Assembly (NCBI GenBank): GCA_041662245.1
Contig: JBAZSW010000001.1
Location: 119,757 to 183,756, forward strand
DNA from: Parcubacteria group bacterium
Lineage (GTDB): Bacteria; Patescibacteriota; Minisyncoccia; Moranbacterales; UBA9337
Direction: 5' to 3'
Length of the DNA stretch: 64,000 nt
Positions 18,785-28,700 of this stretch are shown here, one piece after another. Each line of letters opens with the position of its first letter. Within the stretch, counting starts at the first letter, position 1. Made by a program: the position numbers and the translations under genes. Under the pieces are notes generated by a model. The model worked only from the letters and a program-made list of their open reading frames with translations. It made no database searches and was not told where the DNA came from.

Positions 18785-19336
18785 ATGGTTAAGCTGGGTG
18801 ATATTTGTGATATATATATTGGCGGGACACCATCAAGGAAAATTGGTAAATATTGGGGCGGAAAAAATCTCTGGGTTAAAATAAAAGATATGAAGAAGAA
18901 TGCTTCTTCTATAATGGATACGGAGGAAAAGATAACAGATGAGGGTATCAATAAGTCCAGCGTTAAGCTTCTCAAAAAAGGAACTTTATTGTTTAGTTTT
19001 AAATTAACAATAGGAAAGGTTGTTATTGCAGGAAGAGATCTCTATACAAACGAAGCTATCGCTGGTATAGTTCCGAAGGACGGTAAGGTTTTAATGAAAT
19101 ATTTATATTACATATTGCCTAGGTTAGATTATTTATCTTATTGTCAACGAGCAACGAAAGGTATGACTTTAAACAAAGAAATCTTAAATAGCCTGAGTAT
19201 ACCATTGCCTTCTGTTGCAGAACAAGAAAAAATAATAAAAAAGCTTGATGAAATAGAATTGAGAAAATATAAATATTTAGAGAATTTAAAAAATGCCACC
19301 GCTGAGCAAGATAGAGAAATTTTAAATATCTTGTAG
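18785..19336 (+). CDS. Single-TRD restriction-modification specificity (HsdS-like) protein, possibly a truncated remnant
   Basis: MVKLGDIC...GGTPSRK...YWGG...WVKIKDM...LTIGKV...TNEAIA...IPLPSVAEQEKII; no hsdM/hsdR in the window. Confidence 0.75.
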   Translation: MVKLGDICDIYIGGTPSRKIGKYWGGKNLWVKIKDMKKNASSIMDTEEKITDEGINKSSVKLLKKGTLLFSFKLTIGKVVIAGRDLYTNEAIAGIVPKDGKVLMKYLYYILPRLDYLSYCQRATKGMTLNKEILNSLSIPLPSVAEQEKIIKKLDEIELRKYKYLENLKNATAEQDREILNIL

Positions 19337-19373
19337 CAGTATAAATTTTTTAATATTCAATTTATTTGTTATA

Positions 19374-20045
19374 ATGAAAAAAAGAAATAAATCAAAAACA
19401 AATATGAAAAAAAAATCATTAATCACGCATAGTCAACATTTTGTTCTTACAAATGATAAAATAATTCGTACCGCTCTTAAAGAAAAATTAGAGGAGTCTT
19501 ATTTTGGAATAAAAAATACTAAGATTATTGAAGAATTAGGCATTACTCATGGGGAGGCTCGTATTGACATAGCTGTTGTTAACGGTGTTATACATGGCTA
19601 TGAACTAAAGAGTGACAGGGACACATTAAAACGGTTGCCTGGTCAGATTGAAATATATAACACAGTTCTTGATAAGGTAACACTAGTGGTGGGAATGAAT
19701 CATTTGCATGAAGCGATGAAAATCGTTCCAGATTGGTGGGGTATAACAATTGCAAAAATAGTAAATTCAGATAGCGTAGTTTCTTTTTTTAATATTCGAG
19801 AACCAGAAGAAAATAAAAATCAAAACAGCGCTGCTGTTGCTGCACTGTTATGGAGAGAAGAAGCTCTCAAAATATTGGAGAATATAGGACAAGCCAAGGG
19901 GATGCAATCAAAAAGTAGAAAGGCTATATATGAAAAATTGGCTGATGTTTTAGAAAAAAAATCTTTAAATAAAATCGTTCGGGAACAGCTACGTACTAGG
20001 GTAAATTGGCGATCTGATTTGCAGTGCATACCAAGTGGTGGTTAA
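19374..20045 (+). CDS. sce7726-family / P4 cII-like PD-(D/E)XK-type putative nuclease
   Basis: IIEELG...RIDIAVVNGVIHGYELKSDRDTLKRLPGQ...WWGI...LLWREE motifs; start may be a later ATG (19404). Confidence 0.7.
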   Translation: MKKRNKSKTNMKKKSLITHSQHFVLTNDKIIRTALKEKLEESYFGIKNTKIIEELGITHGEARIDIAVVNGVIHGYELKSDRDTLKRLPGQIEIYNTVLDKVTLVVGMNHLHEAMKIVPDWWGITIAKIVNSDSVVSFFNIREPEENKNQNSAAVAALLWREEALKILENIGQAKGMQSKSRKAIYEKLADVLEKKSLNKIVREQLRTRVNWRSDLQCIPSGG

Positions 20046-21114
20046 TACCTGCTGTTAGCCATGTTTCAGTGCTTCCAGTGCCTTTAATTTCTGGGTTTAG
20101 TTGGTATTTTTCAAAATGTTTCCCCTTATCAAATATATACTTGTCGCCAATGCTAAAATTTTCTCCCATAAAAAGATCTACATCCTCTGATAGTAGTTTT
20201 GCATTGGCTAAATAGAGTTCATACTTTTGTTTTTTACCTTTCATGATTAGCCAATTACTTTCCAGTGTATATTTTATACTAGTGGTGGGAGGAAAGAATT
20301 GAAAAGATTCTTTGTATATTGGATGCTGAATTGTGTAATCTGCAAATATCGGATTTCTTTGCAGGGTTTTTGCGCTAACATAACCAAGCCAACCTATCCA
20401 ATCATGACGAGGAAGATAATTTTCTTCATCAAGTTTGCACTTGGATAAATCTAGGGGAAAAGCGCCACCTGCAAAAATAAATGATCTCCATTTTGATAGG
20501 TTGTGAATTTGCTGACTCTTAGTTATATATGTTTGATATTTGCCATCATTTTCTTCGACACTTTTAATATCTACTAATAGGTCAATATTCTTTTCTTCTA
20601 GATTGTAAGAAGTTAAAAAATCATTAATTTTTTTATTCAGCACATCTATGTCAGAGAAATCAGAACAAACTATTCGCAAGCACAAACCGTTGTTGTGTTT
20701 TTTTGCTAATAATCCGACGATATTTTTAATCTGAAGATCATCGTTAATGTTTATCACTGGAATCAAAACCATCCCGTTGGCACCTCCTTTTGTTAGTATT
20801 TTTTCAAAGCATGTTATTTTCAATGACGTGGTGTATAGGAGACTAAAATCAATAAATATTGGATCTTTTCCCCAAAACTTCAAAATTTCTTCTGAAATTT
20901 CAGGTATTTTTTCACTAAACGTTGCTATGACTTTATTAAATTTTTCCTCTTGAGTTTGTTCCGATGCTTCTTTTGTGCTTGATTTTGGCTTTGGCATTAC
21001 GAACTGAATTAGTGGAGTAATATATCTTTTACTTTCATCATTTAAAGCCTCTAGGGCTTTTTGCTCAGCACGTTTCCATTTTAATATTGGCACATAATGT
21101 TTTGCTTCAAACAT
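19996..21114 (-). CDS. Beta-family protein (P4 beta / sce7725-like)
   Basis: YVPILKWKRAEQKAL, GGAFP, FADYTIQHP, IKYT, FSIGDKYI, W...GINHHL motifs. Confidence 0.7.
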   Translation of the reverse strand: MFEAKHYVPILKWKRAEQKALEALNDESKRYITPLIQFVMPKPKSSTKEASEQTQEEKFNKVIATFSEKIPEISEEILKFWGKDPIFIDFSLLYTTSLKITCFEKILTKGGANGMVLIPVININDDLQIKNIVGLLAKKHNNGLCLRIVCSDFSDIDVLNKKINDFLTSYNLEEKNIDLLVDIKSVEENDGKYQTYITKSQQIHNLSKWRSFIFAGGAFPLDLSKCKLDEENYLPRHDWIGWLGYVSAKTLQRNPIFADYTIQHPIYKESFQFFPPTTSIKYTLESNWLIMKGKKQKYELYLANAKLLSEDVDLFMGENFSIGDKYIFDKGKHFEKYQLNPEIKGTGSTETWLTAGINHHLVCTANQIANLP

Positions 21115-21115
21115 A

Positions 21116-22321
21116 CTAGTTAGTCCATTTTTCCTCAGGAAAATATTCTTTAACTTTTGCCTGATTTATAATGTTATTTAAATAAATATAATTACCTCCA
21201 GCGCGTCGCATTTTACCAGCAACGATAGCTATGTGTATTCCCAATTCCCTTGCTAGACTTTTTGCTGCCATAGAGTTAGGCATCAAACTAGCTGGGCTTA
21301 CCTCCCATCTACCCTCAGGAACGAGAGCTTCCGATGCTAATTTATCAGCTTCATCTTCCGTGATATTAATATCAGTATTATCTAAATCGTCATAGAAAAA
21401 ATCAGATCCTTGGTTGTAGTGAAGCGCAATATGTGCAAGTTCATGCATTAGGGTAAACCAAAAGTTATCAAGACGATTATGTCGGATTGTTAGTCCGATA
21501 ATAGGTTTATTTTTGTTTGTTAGAATTGTTGCACCATCCAGGTATGTTTGAGTGAAGTGAGGTTCTATTATTAAAATAATCCCATATTTTTTTAAAAAAT
21601 TACGAGCAGCAACAGGTCCATTTTCTCTTATGCTTAATTTTGCCAATTCTTGCATAAAGGTTAAATTTATTAACTCCGACTTAAATGGGGAAACATTTTT
21701 TATTTTGCTTGCTTTTCTTACTACAATAGTAGACCAAACAACGAGAGCATGTTTATCCATAGGTCGTGTGGATCTGTAGTTGGTTTTACGAAGCATTCCG
21801 GATAGGCATGCTGGGGAGCCCACAGGAGCAAAAAAATTTTCCATCACGGTTTTTATATCAGATATTGTAGATAATTTTTCTAAATATCCTCGCCTTATCA
21901 TTTCCTTTAATGGGAAACGGTTCCAGACAATATTTTCTGTATTTCTGAATTCGTCAGCTTCTTTTAATAGGACTTTTGCAGGAATACCTAATCCGGCTTC
22001 AAGAGCTCTTATCATTGAAAGAGTTAATTGTCTTTTGCGAGAGAGAATTTCTGAGACCTTGCTTCTGCTTCCGATATAAGGTACTAAATCTGATGGTTTT
22101 AAATTCTGTTGTTCCATTCTAAATAAGATCGCATCAATTGGATCTGGCAAAGACTCCGGAATTATTTTTGATTCATAATCCTTTATTAGTGTTATTAGGA
22201 GACTTAGTTTTTCACCATTCTCTGAGTTAGGATCGGGATTTTTGTCCATTAAATTCTCGACTAACTTTATAGCCTCTTGATAATCTTCTTCAGTTTTTAT
22301 AACCTTGATTTTAGTTGTCAT
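21116..22321 (-). CDS. HigA-like HTH antitoxin fused to an ImmA/IrrE zinc metallopeptidase
   Basis: KVIKTEEDYQEA...LPDPIDAILFRMEQ...SRSKVSEILSRKRQLTL HTH; RLDNFWFTLMHELAH (HExxH) ...EDEAD. Confidence 0.88.
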   Translation of the reverse strand: MTTKIKVIKTEEDYQEAIKLVENLMDKNPDPNSENGEKLSLLITLIKDYESKIIPESLPDPIDAILFRMEQQNLKPSDLVPYIGSRSKVSEILSRKRQLTLSMIRALEAGLGIPAKVLLKEADEFRNTENIVWNRFPLKEMIRRGYLEKLSTISDIKTVMENFFAPVGSPACLSGMLRKTNYRSTRPMDKHALVVWSTIVVRKASKIKNVSPFKSELINLTFMQELAKLSIRENGPVAARNFLKKYGIILIIEPHFTQTYLDGATILTNKNKPIIGLTIRHNRLDNFWFTLMHELAHIALHYNQGSDFFYDDLDNTDINITEDEADKLASEALVPEGRWEVSPASLMPNSMAAKSLARELGIHIAIVAGKMRRAGGNYIYLNNIINQAKVKEYFPEEKWTN

Positions 22322-22336
22322 AGTATTTTCTGGTTA

Positions 22337-22615
22337 TTACCAGCTCATATATTCATTATGTGTGCCGGCATTCATTATTAGGACCGCTTCGTATGGGTAG
22401 TTGATCTTAGTTTTTAGTCTGTATTTAACTCCTTTTAAATTAAATATCACAGTATTGTCTGCTAAAAAACTCGCACTAGCATAGCGCTGCTTGATATCTT
22501 GTGGCGTGCACCACCTTGCCATTGCTACTTCGGCTTCCCAAGCGTCTACCTGTGAACGGACATCAGCGTGCTTTTGCTTGAAAGTATGTAATTTTTCTTT
22601 ACCAAGGATATTCAT
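22337..22615 (-). CDS. higB: HigB-family toxin
   Basis: MNILGKEKL...W...PQDIKQRYASASFLADNTVIFNLKGVKYRL...GTHNEY; lies upstream of the HigA-like gene. Confidence 0.85.
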   Translation of the reverse strand: MNILGKEKLHTFKQKHADVRSQVDAWEAEVAMARWCTPQDIKQRYASASFLADNTVIFNLKGVKYRLKTKINYPYEAVLIMNAGTHNEYMSW

Positions 22616-22633
22616 TATTATTGACTGTATAAT

Positions 22634-22680
22634 TGTTCCCATTATGGGAACATAATATCATGTGACGAATGAGTTGTCAA
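22634..22680 (-). promoter_or_regulatory. Sigma70 promoter and palindromic operator of the higB operon
   Basis: Minus strand TTGACA-17 nt-TATTAT with extended TG; perfect 9-1-9 palindrome TGTTCCCAT-T-ATGGGAACA (22634-22652) over the start site. Confidence 0.75.
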
Positions 22681-22907
22681 GATATGAAAAAATAGGTCTT
22701 TATTGAGCTTTTTTGTTAGCTTTCAAATTTTGTGCATAGTCGCTTCAACTTTCCCGTATTAGGCAAATCCGTTACGTTTTCTTGATTGTTTGATAAGTGG
22801 GCAAATAAGAGTTAATTGGGCTACTCGAGATTAATTAACCTAATCTGTCACTGTGGCAGTTTGTTACTTCTTGTTTCTTGAAACAGGTTCGAACTTCGTC
22901 CAAGATT

Positions 22908-23159
22908 CGGAGCAAATTAAGAAAGATACCTGCAAAGGTATCTTTTTTAATTTTCTCCGCGAAGAAAGTGAATGGTTTCACTTTTGTGAGGGTTCGAAAG
23001 TTGGAGTGTTGTGTGAGTTTTTCTGTTTAAACAGAAAAGGCGAACACCACGAGACGGGGTCGCGAAATTTTTACGTCAGGAAAAATATTTGTGACCAAAT
23101 CTCTCTCGCGGAGCTGCGAAAAACTCAAAAAAGACTACCTTATCAGGATAGTCTTTTTT
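22908..23159 (+). repeat. 252-bp direct repeat, copy 2
   Basis: Matches 17793-18044 with a few substitutions. Confidence 0.92.
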
Positions 23160-23306
23160 CGTCTCATTTATTTAAGGACCGTCTTAGTCGATTAGTTTTT
23201 TAATTTGTATTAGTTGTGTTATACTATATGTAATGGTTGAAGGGTGCATTGTTGACTAAATTGAATTTTTGTATTATTATATAAAATCAATTATTATCAT
23301 AAAAAT

Positions 23307-23483
23307 ATGTTTAAATTTTTGGGTTTAAAAAAGAATAAAAAGGACTTTCAGGCTGTTGCAAGGAAGCAATTAAAAAAGAACAAGGCAGTTCTAAAGTCTT
23401 TGCGTGATTATGACGAAGGAAAAAAAGAAATTTCAACAACTAACGTCAGAAAACATTTGCAACATATACAAGCTTCTCTATAA
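23307..23483 (+). CDS. Small putative antitoxin (58 aa, not in ORF track)
   Basis: MFKFLGLKKNKKDFQAVARKQLKKNKAVLKSLRDYDEGKKEISTTNVRKHLQHIQASL; overlaps the Doc gene start. Confidence 0.55.
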   Translation: MFKFLGLKKNKKDFQAVARKQLKKNKAVLKSLRDYDEGKKEISTTNVRKHLQHIQASL

Positions 23484-23820
23484 AGAGGGGCTTGTTTCTT
23501 TTCCGGTAGAAGAATGTGTTACCAATAAGATTGAAGCCCTTATTTCAAGTGTAAATAGTGTTTATTTTGGAAAAGATATATATCCATCTCATGGAGAAAA
23601 AGCAGTAGCACATCTTTATTTTATTATAAAAGATCATATATTTGTTGATGGAAACAAGCGGACAGCTTGTCTTTCTTTTTCTGTTTTGTGCGAATTAAAT
23701 GATTTGAATCCGAAATATAAGAATTTTACATTAGATGAGTTAGCTGTTCTTCTGGAGGATTATAAAGGGAAAAATCACCAAGTATTGATTAAGGAAGTTG
23801 CCAAACTTTTATTTAATTAA
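23410..23820 (+). CDS. Fic/Doc family toxin
   Basis: HIFVDGNKRTA Doc-type motif. Confidence 0.85.
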   Translation: MTKEKKKFQQLTSENICNIYKLLYKEGLVSFPVEECVTNKIEALISSVNSVYFGKDIYPSHGEKAVAHLYFIIKDHIFVDGNKRTACLSFSVLCELNDLNPKYKNFTLDELAVLLEDYKGKNHQVLIKEVAKLLFN

Positions 23821-23838
23821 AGGGTGCTTAATTAATTT

Positions 23839-23853
23839 CTAGGACCGTCCTAG
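23839..23853. repeat. REP-like palindrome CTAGGACCGTCCTAG
   Basis: Just after the Doc gene; 24-bp context identical to 18752-18775. Confidence 0.85.
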
Positions 23854-24016
23854 CTATTTATTTTCAGGAAGCCTGTCCAAGATTGAGGATCTTGCAGGCT
23901 TTTTTTATTAAATATTATTAGCTCTTTACAAGCGTGTTTATAAATGCTAGTTTTTATGCAGTCATTGGGTTAAAAAATTATTTTTAGCGAAAACTCAACT
24001 CTTAAGGGAGAGAAAA

Positions 24017-24400
24017 ATGAAAAGACTATTAGTTGTTGTGACAGTTTTTTTGGTGATTATCTCAGCAGGACAATCTTTCGGCTTGGGATATACATCAGAT
24101 GAAGGAGGTTCGGACTTAAAAAAATCTGAAAATCCAAATTTGGAAAGTGAAAAAAGACAAACACTTCCAAAACAAGCACATCAAGAAAGCGCAAAAAAAA
24201 TGCAACCAGATTCTTCTGGTCGGTATTCGGAAAATGTGAATGGATATGAAGTTCATTCTAATAATCCGATAAATGTTCTACCTCCATCATCTGGTGGAAC
24301 TATCACAGTCCAGGGGAATGAGACGATTGTACGGCCGAATTCTTCCGGTGGCATACAAGCAGTCGGTGGTGGAGATATATTCATCGTTCCAAATAAATAA
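24017..24400 (+). CDS. Secreted hypothetical protein
   Basis: Signal peptide MKRLLVVVTVFLVIISAGQSFG; SD AAGGGAG; hairpin plus U-tract terminator follows. Confidence 0.7.
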   Translation: MKRLLVVVTVFLVIISAGQSFGLGYTSDEGGSDLKKSENPNLESEKRQTLPKQAHQESAKKMQPDSSGRYSENVNGYEVHSNNPINVLPPSSGGTITVQGNETIVRPNSSGGIQAVGGGDIFIVPNK

Positions 24401-24547
24401 CCCACCGCGGAAAACCTTCCGTTTCGGTGGGTTTTCTTTTTGAAGTATGATTACACTTATTTACATTTAATAAATTTTATGTTATTCTGAGCTTCGCAGT
24501 TTTTTGACAATCCAGAGTATCTTTTCAACTCAATATTTGGGGGATAT

Positions 24548-25603
24548 ATGACAAAAACATTAAATTCGCAATTGAAAGTAGGGCGTTCATTTATGAGAAG
24601 AACATTAACTGAGAATGAAATAAATCAATACAAATTCAGTGATAAAAATTATGCTTATTTTGAGAAAAAGTATAAGGTCGTAAAAAAAGATTTGATTAGA
24701 CTAATATGTTTAATTGAAGAACTAGATGATCTAATAATCAGAAGAAAGATGAATGTATTAACATGGGAACCAATCGGTGAAGGAATATCTCATATAACCC
24801 AAATGGCGAAAAAAATCGGATTAAACAATTGCACGCTGATGAAGTTCATTCCAGATTTGGAGAGGTTTAATGAAAACCTGAAAGAAAGATCTTTTGGGAT
24901 GTTTGTAAAAAAATATCGAAGGATTTTTGGATTAACAGCAAAAGAATTGTCAACAAAGACCAAAATCTCTTTGAATTTTATTAATTCCGTTGAGTCTGGA
25001 ATTCATTTTCCTATTCCAAATAAAGCTAATGCAATTGCTAAAATTTTAAATTTAAACGGAGAAGCTAAACGAATATATTTCCAAATATATCGCAAAGAAA
25101 GAGGACTAAGGAGTTTAACTAGTCGGTTTGAACCTTCAGAAAAAAGAGGTCTTGGATTTATATTAAGGCAAATTAGAATTTCTGGGGGCTGGAGTCAGGC
25201 TGAGTTAAGTAAGAAAAATATAATTAGCATTTGTGGATTATGTAAGATAGAAAGAGGTAAACATCCGCCAAGCGAAAAATCGTTGAGAAAACTTGTAAAA
25301 TTTTATAAGTTGCCTAAAGATGATTTGGTTAATATGCTGGATCTCCTCTGCAGGATAAAAGGAGCGCCAAATCAAATCATTTGTAAAGACAACGTGGGTA
25401 AAATGCTGAAAAGTTTGAGAAAGAGAGAAGGCATTTCTCAAGGATTTTTAGCTGAACAATTAGGGGTTAATTTTTCCTTAGTTAGTTTTTGGGAATCCAA
25501 TAAGCGATTTATAAATTTAAAATATATTGATGGCATTACAAAAATTTTAAATTTATCAGAGCAAGAGAAAGAGGAGTTATTGATAAAAATCGACAAAGAC
25601 TAA
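24548..25603 (+). CDS. Transcriptional regulator with three tandem XRE/Cro HTH domains
   Basis: KKYRRIFGLTAKELS...VESG; RQIRISGGWSQAELS...IERG; KSLRKREGISQGFLAEQLGV...WES. Confidence 0.8.
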   Translation: MTKTLNSQLKVGRSFMRRTLTENEINQYKFSDKNYAYFEKKYKVVKKDLIRLICLIEELDDLIIRRKMNVLTWEPIGEGISHITQMAKKIGLNNCTLMKFIPDLERFNENLKERSFGMFVKKYRRIFGLTAKELSTKTKISLNFINSVESGIHFPIPNKANAIAKILNLNGEAKRIYFQIYRKERGLRSLTSRFEPSEKRGLGFILRQIRISGGWSQAELSKKNIISICGLCKIERGKHPPSEKSLRKLVKFYKLPKDDLVNMLDLLCRIKGAPNQIICKDNVGKMLKSLRKREGISQGFLAEQLGVNFSLVSFWESNKRFINLKYIDGITKILNLSEQEKEELLIKIDKD

Positions 25604-25727
25604 TTTCAATTCTTTAAAGATTTATAACCGCTCAATAGAAATCATTTCTATTAGAGCGGTTTTGTTTTGAATAAATTTTTTAGATTCATCAAAAAATAAT
25701 TTTAAATATGTATTTTGACAAGTATTA

Positions 25728-28700
25728 TTAATTAATAAGTTTTAAAGTGGTTCGTTCTTCAGTGTAATTTCCTGCTTTATCATAAGCTCTTATAATTAAG
25801 ATATAAACACCGTTGGGAATATCTTTAGGAGCTATGTAAAAATCTTTATTTTGTTGCCACCAATTATTTTGAACTTGACCCTGATTATTCAAAAGCCTGA
25901 TTCTATAATGACTGAGATTATCATCAGTTGCATCAAAAGTAACCTTATCTGATCGTTTTTTGGTGAGGATTGGTGGAAAAGGTTGGTTAAAAATCGGTTT
26001 TTTGGTATCTATTTTAAGTTTAGCTTTATTAGTAGAAATAAGATTATCGTTTTTGTCATAGCGTTTAATTTTTATTAATCCAGAAAAATTTTCTTTGAAC
26101 TTTAGAATTTTGCTCCATGTGCCACTGGTACCGACTTTAATAGTTTTCCAAAGTTTAGATTTTTTGTAAATTTTAATTGTTCCATTTACTAAAGTATCTT
26201 TAGTACCTTTTATTTTTATGTTCTTTTTCCAAGCATAGATAGTTTTTTTAAATTGGATATTTTTTTTATTAATTTCAATCTTGATGACTCCTATAATATT
26301 TTTGGGGTTGATATTGAAATTAATTATATAATCATTGGTATTCGCATGTCCAATGCCGTCATCACATCGGATATAATAAGCATAAGTGTTCCCATCCGTT
26401 AGATTATTGATGAGAACTGAATGAGTAGTTTCTCCAGTAACAGTAAAAATGTTTGGCATATCAGCATATGCAATGTTTGGAATAGTAGCATATTTACATG
26501 TGGCATTTTTGTCGGTAGTAACGGAAAGATTAATTTCTGTAATATTCTTGTCTAAATCTTCGCTGGGAGAACCATCGGAAATAACCGGCGGGTTAGTTAC
26601 GCAATCAACTGTCACATTATTTATATTAGAGTTAGTAATTGTGCCATTGCCATTGGTCACAGTGCATGTTTGGCCAGTTGGTTGTGTTAGAACAGTAATT
26701 ATATAATTATTACTACTATAAAGAGCTGTAGCAAAGATAAAAGAACCATTAGCAGTAAGCGTTAAATCGTCTTCACTATTATTTTGCAGGGTGACACTCT
26801 CACTAAGTCCAGAGATAACTCCACCGATGGTATAAACTGGGATAGTAATGATAGTGCTAGCATTGACGCTAGCAGAAATATTAGTGGCCATATCGCGAGT
26901 AAAAGCATAAAGAGTTTTGGATCCCTCAGTAGAAAAAGTGTAGCTAACTGGAATAGTTGTAGACCAAGTACAATTGTTGGAATTATTAATTTCACTGAGA
27001 CAATATCCTGTTATGGCAATATTGTCGGTGGCAATAAATGAATCAACTGGAACAGTAAAAGAAGTGACATTTGCAGGTAAAATAAAACTACTAATATTTG
27101 GTGAGGAAGAGTCCTTTATAATAGTATCGGTTATGTCGTTACCCCAATTGTCAGCGGAGTCTTTTAGAGAAGCCGTTAAAGTTAATAGACCATCATTTAA
27201 AGAAGATAAGTCTATAGTAGCTATTTTATCGCTTGAAGTAGCAATAATTCCAGTTCCTGTGACAGCCGAAGTCGTACTATTTGTATCATCAATAGAATAA
27301 TTATAGGTTGTTCCTACTTCCGCGCTAGTGAAAGAGAAAGAGGCGACTGTTGTATTTCCAACGTTAATATATTGAGTATCAAAATTAATGGAATATCCAT
27401 TTGGAGCTATTATGTCTATTACATCAGTGACTGTTACCGAGGCAGAATTTCTTACAGCCACAACGTTGGTGGTTTCATTATTGGCTGATGCTTGGGAAAT
27501 ACTATCAATGACAATCTCTGAATCTGTCGCTATAGAAATAGCATGAAAAATAAAAGTGGCAACGACCGAGTCTGTTGTTATATATTTAGTGGGATTATTG
27601 GTGCAAACTCCAACAATAATAGAAGCTGTTCCATTTATATTATCTATGGAGGCTTCCTCTAATACTACGGACAACTCCGGATCTGTTGAGCATCCTGACG
27701 TCTCTATAGTATCAATGCTACTTAAACTAAATTTGGACGAATCAAAAGTCACATGCAACTCTACCGCTGCCACTTCGTTGGATCCCGGATCAATTTTTGC
27801 AGTTATTATAATGTCGCTTCCTATATCTACTGTGCCTATTGATGGATCAAGGTATAATATACCATCTGCGCAATTAACTATGATATTGGAAACATTGGCA
27901 CTAGAAACTGTACCAGAGCCATTGGTCACTGCACAAATTTGTCCGTCTGGTTGATCATAAACAGTAACATTGTATGAGCTTCCATCATGTAAAGCTGTAA
28001 CAAAATCAAAAGAATCATCAGCAGTAAGCGTTAGATTATCTCCCCCGTTATTTTGTAAGATAACACTGCCATCAAGACCAGAAAGAGTTCCACCAATGGT
28101 GTAGGTTAAAAGAGTAATAATAACTGAATCATTAAAGTTAGTAGAAATATTATTGGATTCATCACGTGCGAAAGCATAGAGAATTTTGTTGCCTTCCGAA
28201 GAAAAAAGGTGGCTAGATGGAATAGTGGCACTCCAAGTGCAAGTATCTGAGTCGTTGGTTTCGCTGATGCAATATTCAGTAACAGCTACATCGTCTGAAG
28301 CTGCAAAAGTGATGGGGGAAACATTAAGGGAATTGGAGGTAGCAGGAATAACGAAATTAGTTATAACGGGAGGAGTAGTGTCAGGGATAGTTGGATAATA
28401 TTCGTCTGCTCCAATATCCCAAGTGTTATCTGGACGACTGTCTCCATCTATATCATTTGAAAAAGAAATATTGCTATCATCACTTAAGTCGGCCCCCTTA
28501 TCAATTGCATCATTGTCAGTTGAAATTAAATGCAATTTTTCAATACCAGCAGTGGTATTTACAAAAGTCAAAGTTTTGTTTCTATAATAAGTATTGAAAG
28601 CGGGGGCAGTGGCGTCTTTAGAAAGATTATTAGTTGAAGTGGCAACGAAAGTTCCTGAATAATCAATGGCATTATTGTATGAAATATTATTTTTAATTAA

